DNA of 64,000 nucleotides, taken from NCBI GenBank assembly GCA_951406725.2, contig OX597818.1:21018001-21082000 (forward strand). Reading direction: 5' to 3'. The first letter of the stretch is position 1. Each line of letters opens with the position of its first letter. Positions 40,467-52,739 of the stretch are shown here, in pieces. The notes under the pieces are model-generated. The model was not told where the DNA came from. It did not search any database and saw nothing but the letters and a program-made list of their open reading frames with translations. This DNA is from Octopus vulgaris (taxonomy: Eukaryota). A program made the position numbers and the translations under genes.

Positions 40467-41330
40467 GGCATCGAGCTGGCAGAAACGTTAGCACACAGGG
40501 CGAAATGCGTAGCCGTATTTCGTCTGGCATTACGTTCTGAGTTCAAATTCCGCCGAGGTCGACTTTACCTTTCATCCTTTCGGGGTCGATAAATTAAATA
40601 CTAATTACGCACAGGGGTCGATGTAATCGACTTACTCCGTTTGTCTGTCCTTGTTTGTCCCCTCTGTGTTTAACCCCTTGTGGGTAGTAAAGAAATAGGT
40701 ATTGCGTCCGTCTTCACGTTCTGAGTTCAAATTCCGCCGAGGTCGACTTTGCCTTTCATCCTTTCGGGATCGGTAAAATATGTTTCCTTTAAGCATTGGG
40801 GATCAATGTAACCGATTTACTTCCTCCCCAAAATTTCTGGCTATGTGTGCAAAAATTTGAAACTGATATTAATAATACAAATGGCGACGAGCTGGCAGAA
40901 ACATTAGCATACCGGGTAGAATGCTTAGCAGCATTTCGTCCGTCATTACGTTCTGGGTTTAAATGCCGTCGAGGTCGACTTTGCCTTTCATCTTCTCAGG
41001 AAGATCTTCTCTATAAAATAAAGTATGAATTGCGTATGAGATCGATAGTACTGGCTGCCCCTGCCCCCAAATTTCAGGATTTGTGCTTATAGTAGAAAAG
41101 ATCTTAGTTTTATTTGAAAGACAGCGAACTGGCAGAATCGTTACCGCACCTTAACAAAACGCTTTCCGGCATTTTTTCCGGCTCCTTACGTTTTTGAGTT
41201 CAAATCTCGCCGAGGTTATCTTTGCTTTTCGTTCTTTCTGGGGGGTCGATAAAATAAGTACTGGGGGCACTGTAATCGGCCAACCCATTCTCATAAAACT
41301 GTTGGCCTTACATCAAAATTGAAACAATAT
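40467..41330 (+). mobile_element. Cluster of SINE B copies including one tandem junction
   Basis: Heads at about 40467, 40882 and 41120; junction aaagaaata|ggtattgcg at 40697/40698. Confidence 0.85.
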
Positions 41331-41680
41331 TGCTATATTAGAAACAGAAAGTGTTAATAGTACGTTTAGCACTTCAAGTATGTAAACTACACATGTGTAA
41401 TTCAAGCATATTAAATAAGACCACGTGATTAAGTAAAAGTGAACACGTTTTCATTTACTTTCACGAGCAGGCTGATCAGTTGACTCGGATCAACTGGAAG
41501 ACTCCTCGTCATAACCAACGGAGTACCAGTTTATCTGTTACGGTGGGATGAAAGCCATAGCTGACCTCGGCGGAATTAACTTTTTTTCTTGAATTTCTTT
41601 CATTCTTAAAATACATTTTTTAAATGAATAGAAACCAAAGTATGAAGAGGTAAACCACTAATGTCCAATAACATCATGCT

Positions 41681-42316
41681 GGATCTTTTCCTTTTGAACG
41701 GCAGACAATTTCTAGTTAACTAAACACTTTTAAACTTCGTATACTGGTAGAATGTGTCAAAATAAAACATTTTTTTCTCTTGGCTTTCTTGAGAAAATTG
41801 TAATTTGTTTGTTTAACGTAGTTTAATTTTTCGAATTTTAACCAATCCTATGCTCTCTTCTGAGCTAAAATCATTTTCTGCATCTAAAACTGAGACAATA
41901 TCCTGTAACTAACCCTAAACCTCCCCCCTAACCCTAATTTTTTTTTATTAATTGTTAAATTAATTTAATTGTTACACGTGTAAAAAAAACTAAAGCAATG
42001 GAATTAAATTAATTTAACAATTAAGAAAAAAAATAGGGTTAGGGTTAGGGTTAGGGGGAGGTTTAGGGTTAGTTACAGGATGTTGTCTCAGTTTTAGACG
42101 CAGCAAATGATTTTAGTTGAACGGAGGTAATCGATTGGTTAAAATTGCCGAAACGCTCGGATTTTCAGACGAAATATCTTACAAACTATAGAATTTTCTC
42201 AATAAAACCAAGAGAAAATGATGTTTTATAAACACATTCTACCAGTATACGAAGTTTAAAAGTGTTTAGTTAACTAGAAATTGTGTTGACATCTGCCGTT
42301 CAAAAGGAAAAGATCC
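41681..42316. mobile_element. Merlin-type palindromic MITE
   Basis: TIR ggatcttttccttttgaacggcaga / tctgccgttcaaaaggaaaagatcc; perfect 9 bp TSD catcatgct; nearly the whole element folds back; contains TAACCC/GGGTTA repeats. Confidence 0.92.
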
Positions 42317-43034
42317 CATCATGCTTATAACGTAGAAACAGAATGCCAAGAGGAAGCCAACACATGGAAATATTGGAACTGCAATGATACAGAAATTATA
42401 TTAATAGTTGCGATGATCCTCAGCCCTATATGATATTAGATCTGTGCTCATCATAGTCTTAGCAACTCACAATATTTTCATGTCAGCACCAGGAATATAA
42501 ATATAGAGATTAGAGGCGAGGTTCTTCCAACACTTGAGTATCCTACATAAAACTGGCCATCAACCATCTTGGTTTTAATAATACAGAAGAATTCTTTCTC
42601 CCCTGCAATGGGATGGAAACTTTGTAGATACGATGGAAAAAATGTGTTTAGAGTGAATGTTACTTGTTAGCTACATCAAAATACATGCATGCATCTACTC
42701 TTTTTTTTCCGTGGTGTTACTGCCGAAATTTCAATTTGAACTCGCATCCACAACACTTGACTTCTAACTTAAATTAATTTCTTCTACTTTGGCAGAAGGT
42801 CGGCAATTTTAGTGGGAGAAGTTAATCGATTACATCGATCTCAGTTAAATGGACTGGAGCAACGTGAATTGAACAGTTTTGAAGGACCTTTTCAGTTTGG
42901 CTACCAACTTTCGAAAATTCAATGTTTATTGAAAATTTTTTAATTTGGTATATCAATGTAGTTTTCCGAGCTGAATCTCGGAGATATTTCATTGTTTCCA
43001 GAACTTTTTTTTTTTAAAGGTTATTTATAAGTAA

Positions 43035-43250
43035 TATTGGTTTCAAATTTTGGCGCAAGGTCACCAATTTTGTGGGTGGCGGTAAGCCGATTACATCGAC
43101 TCCACAGCTCAACTGGTACTTATTTTGTCGACCACGAAAGGTTGAAAGGCAAAGTCGACCTCGGTGGCATTTGAACACAGAACATAAACTCGGGAGCAAT
43201 GACGCTAAGCATTTTGTCCGGCGTGCCAACGATTTTATCAGTTCACCGTC
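43035..43250 (-). mobile_element. SINE family B (older tail)
   Basis: Colinear with the other SINE B copies. Confidence 0.8.
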
Positions 43251-43296
43251 TTTTTCTTTACCAGAGTAATTAAAATAATATTCATTAATAATATAA

Positions 43297-44135
43297 GGTG
43301 ACGGGCGTGTAGAATTGATAGTACACTGGGCGAAATACGTAGCCGTATTTCGTCTGCCGCTACGTTCTGAGTTCAAATTCCGCCGAGGTCGACTTTGCCT
43401 TTCATCCTTTCGGGATCGATTAAATAAGTACCAGTTACGCACAGGGGTCGATGTAATCGACTTAATCCGTGTGTCTGTCCTTGTTTGTCCCCTCTATGTT
43501 TAGCCCCTTGTGGGTAGTAAAGAAATAGGTATTTCGTCTGCCGCTACGTTCTGAGTTCAAATTCCGCCGAGGTCGACTTTGCCTTTCATCCTTTCGGGGT
43601 CGATTAAATAAGTACCAGTTACGCACAGGGGTCGATATAATCGACTTAATCCGTTTGTCTGTCCTTGTTTGTCCTCTCTGAGTTCAAATTTCACCGAGGT
43701 CGACTTTTCCTTTCGAGGTTAATAAAATAAATACCAGTCGGACATTAGGGTCAATATTATCGACTTAACCTCTCCCTCGAAATTGCTGGCCCTGTGCCAA
43801 AATTTGAAACCAATATTTATTAATTTATTAATATTCTTTTTCACTCTTTCTGTGTCGATAAAAAGAAAGTACCGGTTGAACATTGGGAATCGATGTAATC
43901 GATTAACCCCCTCCTACAAAACTGCTGTGGCCTTGTGCTAAAATTTGAAACCAGTATTTTCTAGCCGGGCAAAATGCTTAGCGGCATTTCTTCTGAGTTC
44001 AAATTCCACAGAGATCAACTTCACCTTTCATCCTTTCGGGGTCGATAAAATAAGTACCAGTGGAGTACTGGGGTGGATGTGTCGACTTAACCCTTTCTCC
44101 AAAATTGCTGGCTTTGTGCCAAAATTTGAAATCAA
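43297..44135 (+). mobile_element. SINE B tandem array and adjacent fragments
   Basis: Junction aaagaaata|ggtatttcg at 43527/43528; further partial copies with the older tail follow. Confidence 0.85.
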
Positions 44136-44711
44136 TATTCTTTTCTACTATAGGTACAAGGCCTGAAATTTTGTGGGATTGAGGGGATAATCGCTTACAT
44201 CGACTGACAGCTCACCGCCTTAATATTTATGAATAATATTAATTAGTCTTTGAACTAATATTTTCTTTCCTTCACTGTATAATTATTTTTAATTAGCTCT
44301 TTAGCGTTCACGGCTTTATATGTTCGCACCAACTTATCGGGCAGAATCTTTCATTGAGTTAGTAGGAATCCAAGTAGGAGGTAATATATTAGACCACAAC
44401 CAGGTCAATGAGGACAGTTTTCTGACAGAATGTGTATTTAGGATTAAAAAGGCAGAGAGAATAAGTAGACGGTCAGTTGTAGCCTGCAGGTAATAAGGAT
44501 GCGGCGAGAGATTTCTCTTGTTGTTCTTATTTGTTTTCTTTGTTAATGGTTTTGTTATGTTGGGTGTTAGATGCTTTTGCAAATGAGATTGATATATTCA
44601 CCACCTGGCACACCGGCTAAAGTTCATACATCTTCATCATATTAGTCAGCCTGCATAGATAGCATGTATGCCCTGGAAAGGAATATTTATCTATTTGCAT
44701 TACACTCAACT

Positions 44712-44900
44712 GTGGAGGCGCAATGGCCCAGTGGTTAGGGCAACGGACTCGCGGTCGGAGGATCGCTCCAGGTATTTTTGCTCAATAAATACACACAATC
44801 GAAATCGCGATCCTCTGACCGCGATTTCGATTCCCAGAGAGGGCATTGTGTGTATTTATTGAGCAAAAATACCTGGAGCTTCACTAGGCTCCTCCAGTGG
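44712..44900 (+). mobile_element. SINE family E (tRNA-derived) with internal inverted duplication
   Basis: Head gtggaggcgcaatggcccagtggttag shared with the copy at about 45414-45590; perfect 35 bp inverted repeat 44765-44799/44845-44879. Confidence 0.8.
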
Positions 44901-45877
44901 GTCCCAGCTTCTCTTCCTGTTTCTTGTGTGTATATATATATATGTGTGTGTGCATGTATGTATATATATATACATACATACATATACACACACACGGGGG
45001 CCTTATGATAACCTAGAATCGTCTATACAATGTCCTCCTTGGAAATTTGGGAATAGCCAACTTATTAAAGGGATGGGATGTAATAGAATTAATAACCCTT
45101 TCTAACCGATGTACAAGAAAATAAACATTTTGGCACAAGGCTAAGCATTTTGCCTGGCGTGCTAACGATTCTGTCAGCTCGTCGCCTGAGAAGTCGATAG
45201 TATGGAGATCAGTGTTTCACTGGTACTTTTTATCATAACTACAAAAGATAAAAGGCCAAAAAACATTTTGGCACGATTTGAAATGAGAAGTAGACATAGT
45301 TTAATAGATATGCAATGATAATAATTACTAACAACGGAACAATGTTGCACATTTAGTTGTTTTGGAAGTCTGTGGAAAGATTAAATTGATGCAGCACAAG
45401 CAGCAACAACAGTAGTGGAGGCGCAATGGCCCAGTGGTTAGAGCAACGTGGTTTCGATTCCCAGCCCGGGCATTGTGAGTGTTTATTGAGCAAAAACACC
45501 TAAGCTTTACGAGGCTCCGGCGAGGGTGGTGGTGGTGAACCCCGCTGTACTCTTTCACCACAACTTTCTCTCACTCTTTCTTCATACTTCTGCCACAAAG
45601 CAGAGGAACTATGATGCAACCCGCTATGGTGTGGTAAACTTTCACTCCCTAGTCTAGATTGCGAATCCTCTGTAACCCCAGGATGGTTCAGCTCTCCACC
45701 CGTCAGAAGCCACTGTTTACGGAATGAGGATAACAACGTAGCTTTCGCGCCCGTGCAACCGCCAGTCTATCGCGTGTGGTGGGTGGATCTTCAAGTTGCC
45801 ACACGCATTCTTAGTAGCTTAGAGTAGGCTCGAATTAGAGATTATTCTTTGTGGCTCATGGCATGAGTCCTGATTGG

Positions 45878-45952
45878 AAGAAGAAGAAGAAGAAGAAGAA
45901 GAAGAAGAAGAAGAAGAAGAAGAAGAAGAAGAAGAAGAAGAAGAAGAAGAAG
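45878..45952 (+). repeat. (GAA)n microsatellite
   Basis: Pure GAA run; source of the poly-E ORF. Confidence 0.95.
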
Positions 45953-46284
45953 CAACAACAGTAGAAGACAGTTACTCAAAGGTGAGACGCAGTGGGTCTG
46001 AACCCGAAACTAAGTGGTTGCAAAGCAAACTTCTTAAGCATACAGCCATGCTTGTGCCTATATGTTGATTAATATAAGTGTCTGAATGTCTTTCGTCCGT
46101 CCTTATGTTCTGAGTTCAAATTCCGACGCGGTCGACTTTACGTTTCAACTTTTCAGCGTCGATAAAATGATTACCAGTTGAACACTGGAATCGGTGTAAT
46201 CGAGTTACCCACACCCCCAAAATTACAGGCTTTGTGCCAAAATGTGAAACCATTTGTATGCGCGTGCGCATGTATGTATATATA

Positions 46285-46985
46285 TATTTTTTTTTTTGCT
46301 TCAGTCATTAGACTACAGCCATGCTGGGGCACCGCCTTGACGGATTTTTTTGTCGAATGAATCAACCCTAGTAGCATTGATTTTTGGGTGGGGGAGGCTA
46401 AGCCTGATGATTATTCTATCAGACTCTTTTGCTGAACTGCTATGTCACAGGGACATAAACACACCAACACCGATTATCAAGTGGCGTTGGACAACCACCG
46501 GCACAAACACACACACACACACATATATGAGAGGTTTTGGTATCCAGAAGACCCAAAAGGCAGGTAAGACTGTGTAAGTGCTACGGAAGGACTGCTGTTA
46601 GACTCCCGGTTCGATAATAGTATGAGTGAGGAGTCTAATACGGGGCGTGTATTTGTTAAATAAAATGAGACAACAAAACCAGGACAATGTGAAATTTCTA
46701 GGACATTTATAAAAAGAAAGGTTGTCTTACAGCTGTTTCAGGGATATAAAAGATATCCCATAATCAGAGACGATATGAGAGAGTTAAACAGAAGGAAATA
46801 GTAGAGTTCAGTTTAAGGAAACACTATTATATGACGGGCTTCCAGTTTCCGTCTACCAAATCCACTCACAAGGTTTTTTGGGCCCTAAGCTATAGTAGAA
46901 AATACTTACCCAAGGAGCCACGCAGTAGGACTGAACCAGCAACCATGTGGTTAGGATGCAAGCTTCTTACCACACAGCCATACCT
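46285..46985 (-). mobile_element. SINE family A split at its internal microsatellite by a ~300 bp hammerhead-bearing insertion
   Basis: SINE A 3' half at 46285-46525 and 5' half at 46830-46985 flank unrelated sequence. Confidence 0.75.
46724..46771 (-). ncRNA. Minimal type I hammerhead motif, G8 mutated
   Basis: Minus strand gtct-CTGATTA-t-gggatat(ctttt)atatccc-t-GAAAC-agct-GTA-agac; 7 bp stem II, palindromic acagctgt. Confidence 0.7.
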
Positions 46986-47035
46986 GCAATATATGTGTGG
47001 GGGGTGAGTGTGTGGGTGGGTGTGAGTGTGTGGGT

Positions 47036-47096
<61 letters not shown>

Positions 47097-47148
47097 GTGT
47101 GTGTGCGCGCGTACGTACGTATGTATGTATGTATGTATGTATGTATGT

Positions 47149-47349
47149 ATGATGGGCCAAAAGTCACGAAGAAGTCTGAAATTTTAAAAATTTCGTTTTA
47201 ATTACTTTTTAAGATATTTTTCTTAAGTATTGGTAAACATTGAAAACCTTTCAATATTCAATCACAGTTTTCAAGAAAAAATACACACAAAATGATAATT
47301 AAGGAAAATTGTTTTAAATTTCAGTTTTCGTGACTTTTTGCTTACCCTA
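47149..47349. mobile_element. Tc1/mariner-type MITE
   Basis: Inverted ends aaaagtcacgaa..ctgaaattttaaaa / ttttaaatttcagttttcgtgactttt; TA context. Confidence 0.6.
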
Positions 47350-47361
47350 TACATACACCAT

Positions 47362-47441
<80 letters not shown>

Positions 47442-47950
47442 ACATCTTTACAATATATATATATGCTGAATTAATGAATGAGATACCTGTACTGTCTTTG
47501 TCTACGTTTGTGTTCGTCTGATCGAATGTCATTCTGTCCTCCCTTGTCTGTCTGTCCACCCTCCCTCCCTCTCTCTCTCTCCACGCGTATACATGCCCCT
47601 CTCCTGCCACAGGCATACAGTCACACACGCGCGCAAAGTACACAAACAAAACGCATGCATATTAGCGAGAGGAAAGACACACCTGGTTGTTCAATTCCTC
47701 TTTTCTGAACAAAATGTCTCCCCCGTCTGCTCAATTCTATTGAATCAAGCAGCTGGTCACGTAAACCTTCTCCTCCCACACACACTTCACCTCTTCCCCA
47801 TTCATCTAGCCAGTCTATTTTAGGCCTTCGCCTTACAAATGCTGAGATCTGAGTGGGAGTGAAGAGTTTATTGCATAGTTTCCGTGACGGGTTGTTGGAA
47901 GAATAAACAGTTTGAAGGGTAACAACAGAACTAACGGACGGTTATGGCAG

Positions 47951-48003
<53 letters not shown>

Positions 48004-48004
48004 G

Positions 48005-48416
48005 GGATCTTTTTGGTTTGAACGGCGTTTTTTAAAAAGAATTTCCACGTAACTAAACACTTTTAAACTTCGTATACTGGTAGAATGTGTTTATAAAACA
48101 TCTTTTTCTCTTGGCTTTATTGAGAAAATTCCTTAGTTTGTAAGATATTTGTTGTTGTTTTTTTCTTCGATTTCTGCAATTTCAACCAATCAATGACGTC
48201 TATTGAGGTGAAAACATTTTGTGCCGTATGAATATGTCCCTCGTTTAAGAAACAGATTGGGTTTATTTACATTTCTGAAGAAAAAAAAGATACCCTTCCC
48301 CCATCCCTAACCCTAAAACAGATTGAAATGCAATAGATCGATACTAGGGTCATAATTATGGGTGACAATTTCTATGACACCGCTAGAAAAAACTGCTGTT
48401 CAAACCGAAAAGATTC
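48005..48416. mobile_element. Merlin-type MITE
   Basis: TIR ggatctttttggtttgaacggc / gctgttcaaaccgaaaagattc; closely similar to 51733-52137. Confidence 0.85.
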
Positions 48417-48559
48417 GAGGGATGGATGGGTGGATAGTTGATAAATCTTGTTGGTGCTGTGATTTAGTTCCAGGTCAAGTTTGGCCTAATACATCTATAA
48501 CCAAAAGTATTTCAGATGTGACGATAACGATTTCGAATGTCGAAGACTACATTCTCATT

Positions 48560-48761
48560 TCCTTTTACTCGTTTCGGTCATTTGACTGCGGCCATGCTGG
48601 GGCACCGCCTGTTAGTCGAACAAATTGACCCCAGAACTTATTCTTTGGAAGACTAGTACTTATTCTATCGGACTCTTTTGCTGAACCGCTAAGTTACGTG
48701 GATGTAAATACGCCACCATCGGTTGTCAAGCGATGTTGGGGGGACAAACACAGACACACAA

Positions 48762-48860
<99 letters not shown>

Positions 48861-48958
48861 CGACGGGCTTCTTTCAGTTTCCATCTACCAAATCCACTCA
48901 CAAGGCTTTGGTCGGCCCGAGGCTATAGTAGAAGACACTTGCCCAAGGTGCCACGCAA
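48560..48958 (-). mobile_element. SINE family A, 5'-truncated
   Basis: Colinear with SINE A; long (CA)n in the middle. Confidence 0.85.
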
Positions 48959-49401
48959 TGAGAGTTTTTTTACGGGGTTTAAGTGAACGATTTAAGGGAG
49001 ATTTGGTTGTTATTTGTATTAGATTGATTCAAGGAAGCAGAGGCTACGAGAGGGAAATAGGCGCTCCTGTGATCCAAACGATTCCAAGCGCGTTGCCCGG
49101 TGGTCAAAGTGTTGCACTCAGGATCACAAGATCATAGCTTCGATTACCGGGCTGGGTGGTACGTTGTGTTCATGAGCAAAACTCATTTTACGTTGCTCCT
49201 ATCCACTCAGTTGTAAATGAGTAATCCTGCGACGGACTGGCATCTTGTTAATTGAAGAAATGTGATCCCGGTCATCTATGCGCTATGGAAACCGGGTAAG
49301 TGGATCTATGAATCCCAGGATTCCAGAAGTAATGACCAGTGTGTTATTTCAAGGAATTTTGTTCATATAACTAGTGGGTCAAGAGAGAGCATAAGAGTAG
49401 C

Positions 49402-49452
<51 letters not shown>

Positions 49453-49537
49453 AATAGGAAAGGTTTAGGTCACTGATGATCTAAACCAGTAGCTACACAG
49501 CGTAAGTGCTGTTATTGGTAATCCTGCACATACATCT

Positions 49538-49637
49538 TGTCTCTGATGAAGGAATACCTAGTGTATGAGGACGTTGATCAACATATTGAAACATATTGAT
49601 CCATTACCTGAGATATCCCAGAAACAGCTGTAAGACA
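49538..49637 (+). ncRNA. Type I hammerhead motif with extended stem II
   Basis: tgtct-CTGATGA-a-ggaatacctag...ctgagatatccc-a-GAAAC-agct-GTA-agaca; intact core, 5 bp stem I, same palindrome as 46724-46771. Confidence 0.72.
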
Positions 49638-49749
49638 TCATTTACGTCTACTTTTCCTTACTTTCATTCACCTTTAATTAAAATATTCAAAATGATTTGA
49701 TAAGGTTGTCCTGCCTTGATTTTGTTTTCCTTTTCCTTTAATATCTATA

Positions 49750-50152
49750 TACAGGTTGCGATGGATAATTGCTGGCATTTTATATTTGATTTTTCGACTA
49801 TACAGTATAGTAGGATCAGCTGGGCACCATCTGTGAGAAAAACAGCACCATGATGCAATTCACTCTGCCAGAAATTTGGAAACATGTTGCACTGCGGAAG
49901 CTCCAATATGAACATTTCAGAGTGTTTGGGTGTCAATCTGAGGACAGTGCAGAGGATTCGGAAAGAGGCGGATTAGTCTAAGGATGATTACGAAAGTATG
50001 GCAGCTCGGGAAACTCACTATGATCGTTCTGCTAAGAAAAGAACTCCTGAATTTGTTGGTGTGATCCAGGCCATGATTGACAATGATCTCTCCGAGTCAT
50101 TTGGGCTCATCATCAGAGACACGAGAGCGTCTGAGTTTCTTATCAAGCAGGT
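49750..50152 (+). mobile_element. 5' part of the same maT-type family as 29240-30118
   Basis: caggttgcgatgg TIR and gcaccatctgtgagaaaaacagcaccatga..caattcactctgcc match the reverse complement of about 29950-30118. Confidence 0.8.
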
Positions 50153-50425
50153 AATGCCTTCTCATTTTCTTTCTCCGACAAGCATGACTGTGCAGAGAAT
50201 GGGGTTTGTGAATGTGCGTGGCCTGGGATCAGCTTGGAAGCAAGGTTACTTGCTCAATGATCTCAGGTCATTTGATTTGGATGTGGCTGCTATTAGTGAA
50301 ACATCTCCGGAAAACACGCCCTAGCCTCCATTTTCGAGGAGTACGAGGTATTCTCATCTTGTGGTCTATCGGAAACGGGTGGCGGTGTTACATGCTACTC
50401 CGAAAATCCTTAGATCTCCAATAAG
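50153..50425 (+). pseudogene. L1/Tx1-like ORF2 APE endonuclease N-terminus
   Basis: MTVQRMGFVNVRGLGSAWKQGYLLNDLRSFDLDVAAISET (NVRGL...D....SET motif), then frameshift. Confidence 0.8.
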
Positions 50426-50429
50426 AGAA

Positions 50430-50519
50430 ATCATCATCATCATCACCATCACCATCATCATCATCGCTGCCGTCGTCGTCGTCGTCGTCGTTGTTGTTGT
50501 TGTTGTTGTTGTTCTTCTT

Positions 50520-50578
<59 letters not shown>

Positions 50579-50606
50579 CAATAATATTAATATTATTATT
50601 ATTATT
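50430..50606. repeat. Compound trinucleotide microsatellite
   Basis: (atc)n(gtc)n(gtt)n(ctt)n(att)n; a similar tract lies at about 50808-50982. Confidence 0.95.
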
Positions 50607-50800
50607 AAGGCGGTGAGCTGGCAGAAACGTTACTGTCCCAGGCAAAATGCTCAAAGGTATTTCGTCCGTCTTTACGTTCTGAGTTCAAATTTCGCCAAAG
50701 TTGATTTTTGCCTTTCATAATTTCGGGGTCGATAAAATAAGTACCAGTTGAGTGTTGGGATCGATGAAATCGATTTACCCTCTCCCTCAACTTTGTTGTT
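50607..50800 (+). mobile_element. SINE family B
   Basis: ggcggtgagctggcagaaacgtta head and body. Confidence 0.8.
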
Positions 50801-50929
50801 TGAAAGGATTGTTGTTGTTGTCGTTGTTGCTGCTGCTGTTGCTGCTGCTGCTGTTGCTGCTGCTGTTGTTGCTGCTGCGGTTGTTGTTGTTTTTCTTGCA
50901 CTTTTTCTTGTTGTTCTTTTTGCCATCAC

Positions 50930-50981
<52 letters not shown>

Positions 50982-51732
50982 GAGTGTTGTAGACTGGAAA
51001 ATGGGCAGAGCGCCGGAGTAAATGCACTGTGATTTTAGCTAAATCTCTTTATGCTCTGAGGTCAAATCCCACCGAGATTTGACTCTGCCTAGGCTATATA
51101 AATAAGTACCAGTGAAGTATTGGAAATGATTTAACTCAGTACATTCCCCACGACCACTACCATCATCTTCACCACAATTATAGTAACCATAATAACAGTA
51201 TTGAAAATCAAGCTTCCTATTTTCTGTAGCTTCTGGGATAGCAGAGAGGATATACACTAAATTAAGTGCCTAATCAAGCGAACAGCTATTGCAGAAACAC
51301 TTAACGTTTTGCTGGGTAAGTGTGTGAGATTAGACAAACATGGTAGCTTGATCAAGAAAACATTTAATTGCAAGTGATGTTGCTTTGGATAACATCTGTT
51401 GGCTATAATGAGAGGGAAGGATGAAAGGTTTAACAAATATTTCAGCGACTGGAAAACATTCGACGAGCGCTAACAAAGTGAATTCGGTAGGAGATTTGTT
51501 AGGTTGGTAGGGGTATATGTCTCTTGAGAGTTTTGAGAATCATAAGACCGGGACTTAACCCGATTTCCATGCGTTTAAGTGACAGAGATTACATCATTCT
51601 CCGTGAACAGGCCCCTGATCCGTCGCAGAATTGACTTCCCAGCTATTGCTGGAGCTCGTTTGCAACAGACTGGACTGGAACAACGTTCAGTGAAGTGTTT
51701 TACTGAATAACCTAACCAATAGAACATGCGTC

Positions 51733-52137
51733 GGATCTTTTCGGCTTGAAAGGCAGTTTTTTAAAATAATTTCCACGTAACTAAACACTTTTAAACTTCG
51801 TATACTGGTATATAAAACATCTTTTTCTCTTGGCTTTATTGAGAAAATTCTATAGTTTGTAAGATATTTGTTGTTGTTTTACTTCAATTTCTGCAATTTC
51901 AACCAATCAATGACGTCTATTGAGGTGAAAACATCCTGTGCCGTAGGAATATGTCCCTCGTTTAAGAAACAGATTGGGTTTATTTACATTTCTGAAGAAA
52001 AAAAGATACCCTTCCCCTAACCCTAACCCTAACCCTAAAACATTGAAATGCAATAGATCGATACTAGGGTCATAATTTTGGGTGACAATTTCATATGACA
52101 CCGCTAGAAAAAACTGCCGTTCAAACCGAAAAGATCC
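51733..52137. mobile_element. Merlin-type MITE
   Basis: TIR ggatcttttcggcttgaaaggcag / ctgccgttcaaaccgaaaagatcc; 8 bp TSD catgcgtc/catgcgcc. Confidence 0.88.
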
Positions 52138-52739
52138 CATGCGCCGAGTTGATTAGGATAAGAAAGAGAGATATTTTGAAATGGATTGAAAGTATGGGAG
52201 AGATGGAAGGAAGGAAGCATTGGCGGCAAAGAAATAACGAGAAACGGTGTTTACAATGAAAGAGCAAGTGTCTTTCTCTCTCAAGGTCGACACACACACC
52301 TTCTCTCTTCCTCCCCCACCTCTCTCTCTCTCTCACACACACACACATACAAACTATCAACATGGATAAATGACAGCAGCTTGGTTGAAGTTCAAGCTGG
52401 TTGAAATGTAGCCTGAGTATGTGGATACTCAGAAGATGGATCATGAATAGTGAGTTATAGACAGCTCAGTCACAGTATAGTTACAATCACAATTACAGCT
52501 GTATCACTTTTCAATGATTTTTCAGAAGACAGCGCGCGCGTGTAATTGGTAGCACGTCATGAAGACAGAAGACATGTCATTGACGATATCAAGAGTAGCG
52601 ACGAAAAGCCTTTAACAAACAACCGATCGATTAGTTAGTTGGTTAGATATTTAGCCAATTGAATAACATTAAAACAGTGACATCGAGCCAGTGCATGTGT
52701 TTATATTATTGACATATTGACCCTTCCAAGACACAAGAT

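Noticed and set aside
42035-42072. TTAGGG repeats as a telomere or chromosome fusion site
   Set aside because: Only a few units, internal to a MITE bounded by a perfect 9 bp TSD
49998-50324. 108 aa ORF as a transposase-endonuclease fusion gene
   Set aside because: Junction of a truncated maT-type element and an L1/Tx1 fragment; stop upstream and frameshift downstream
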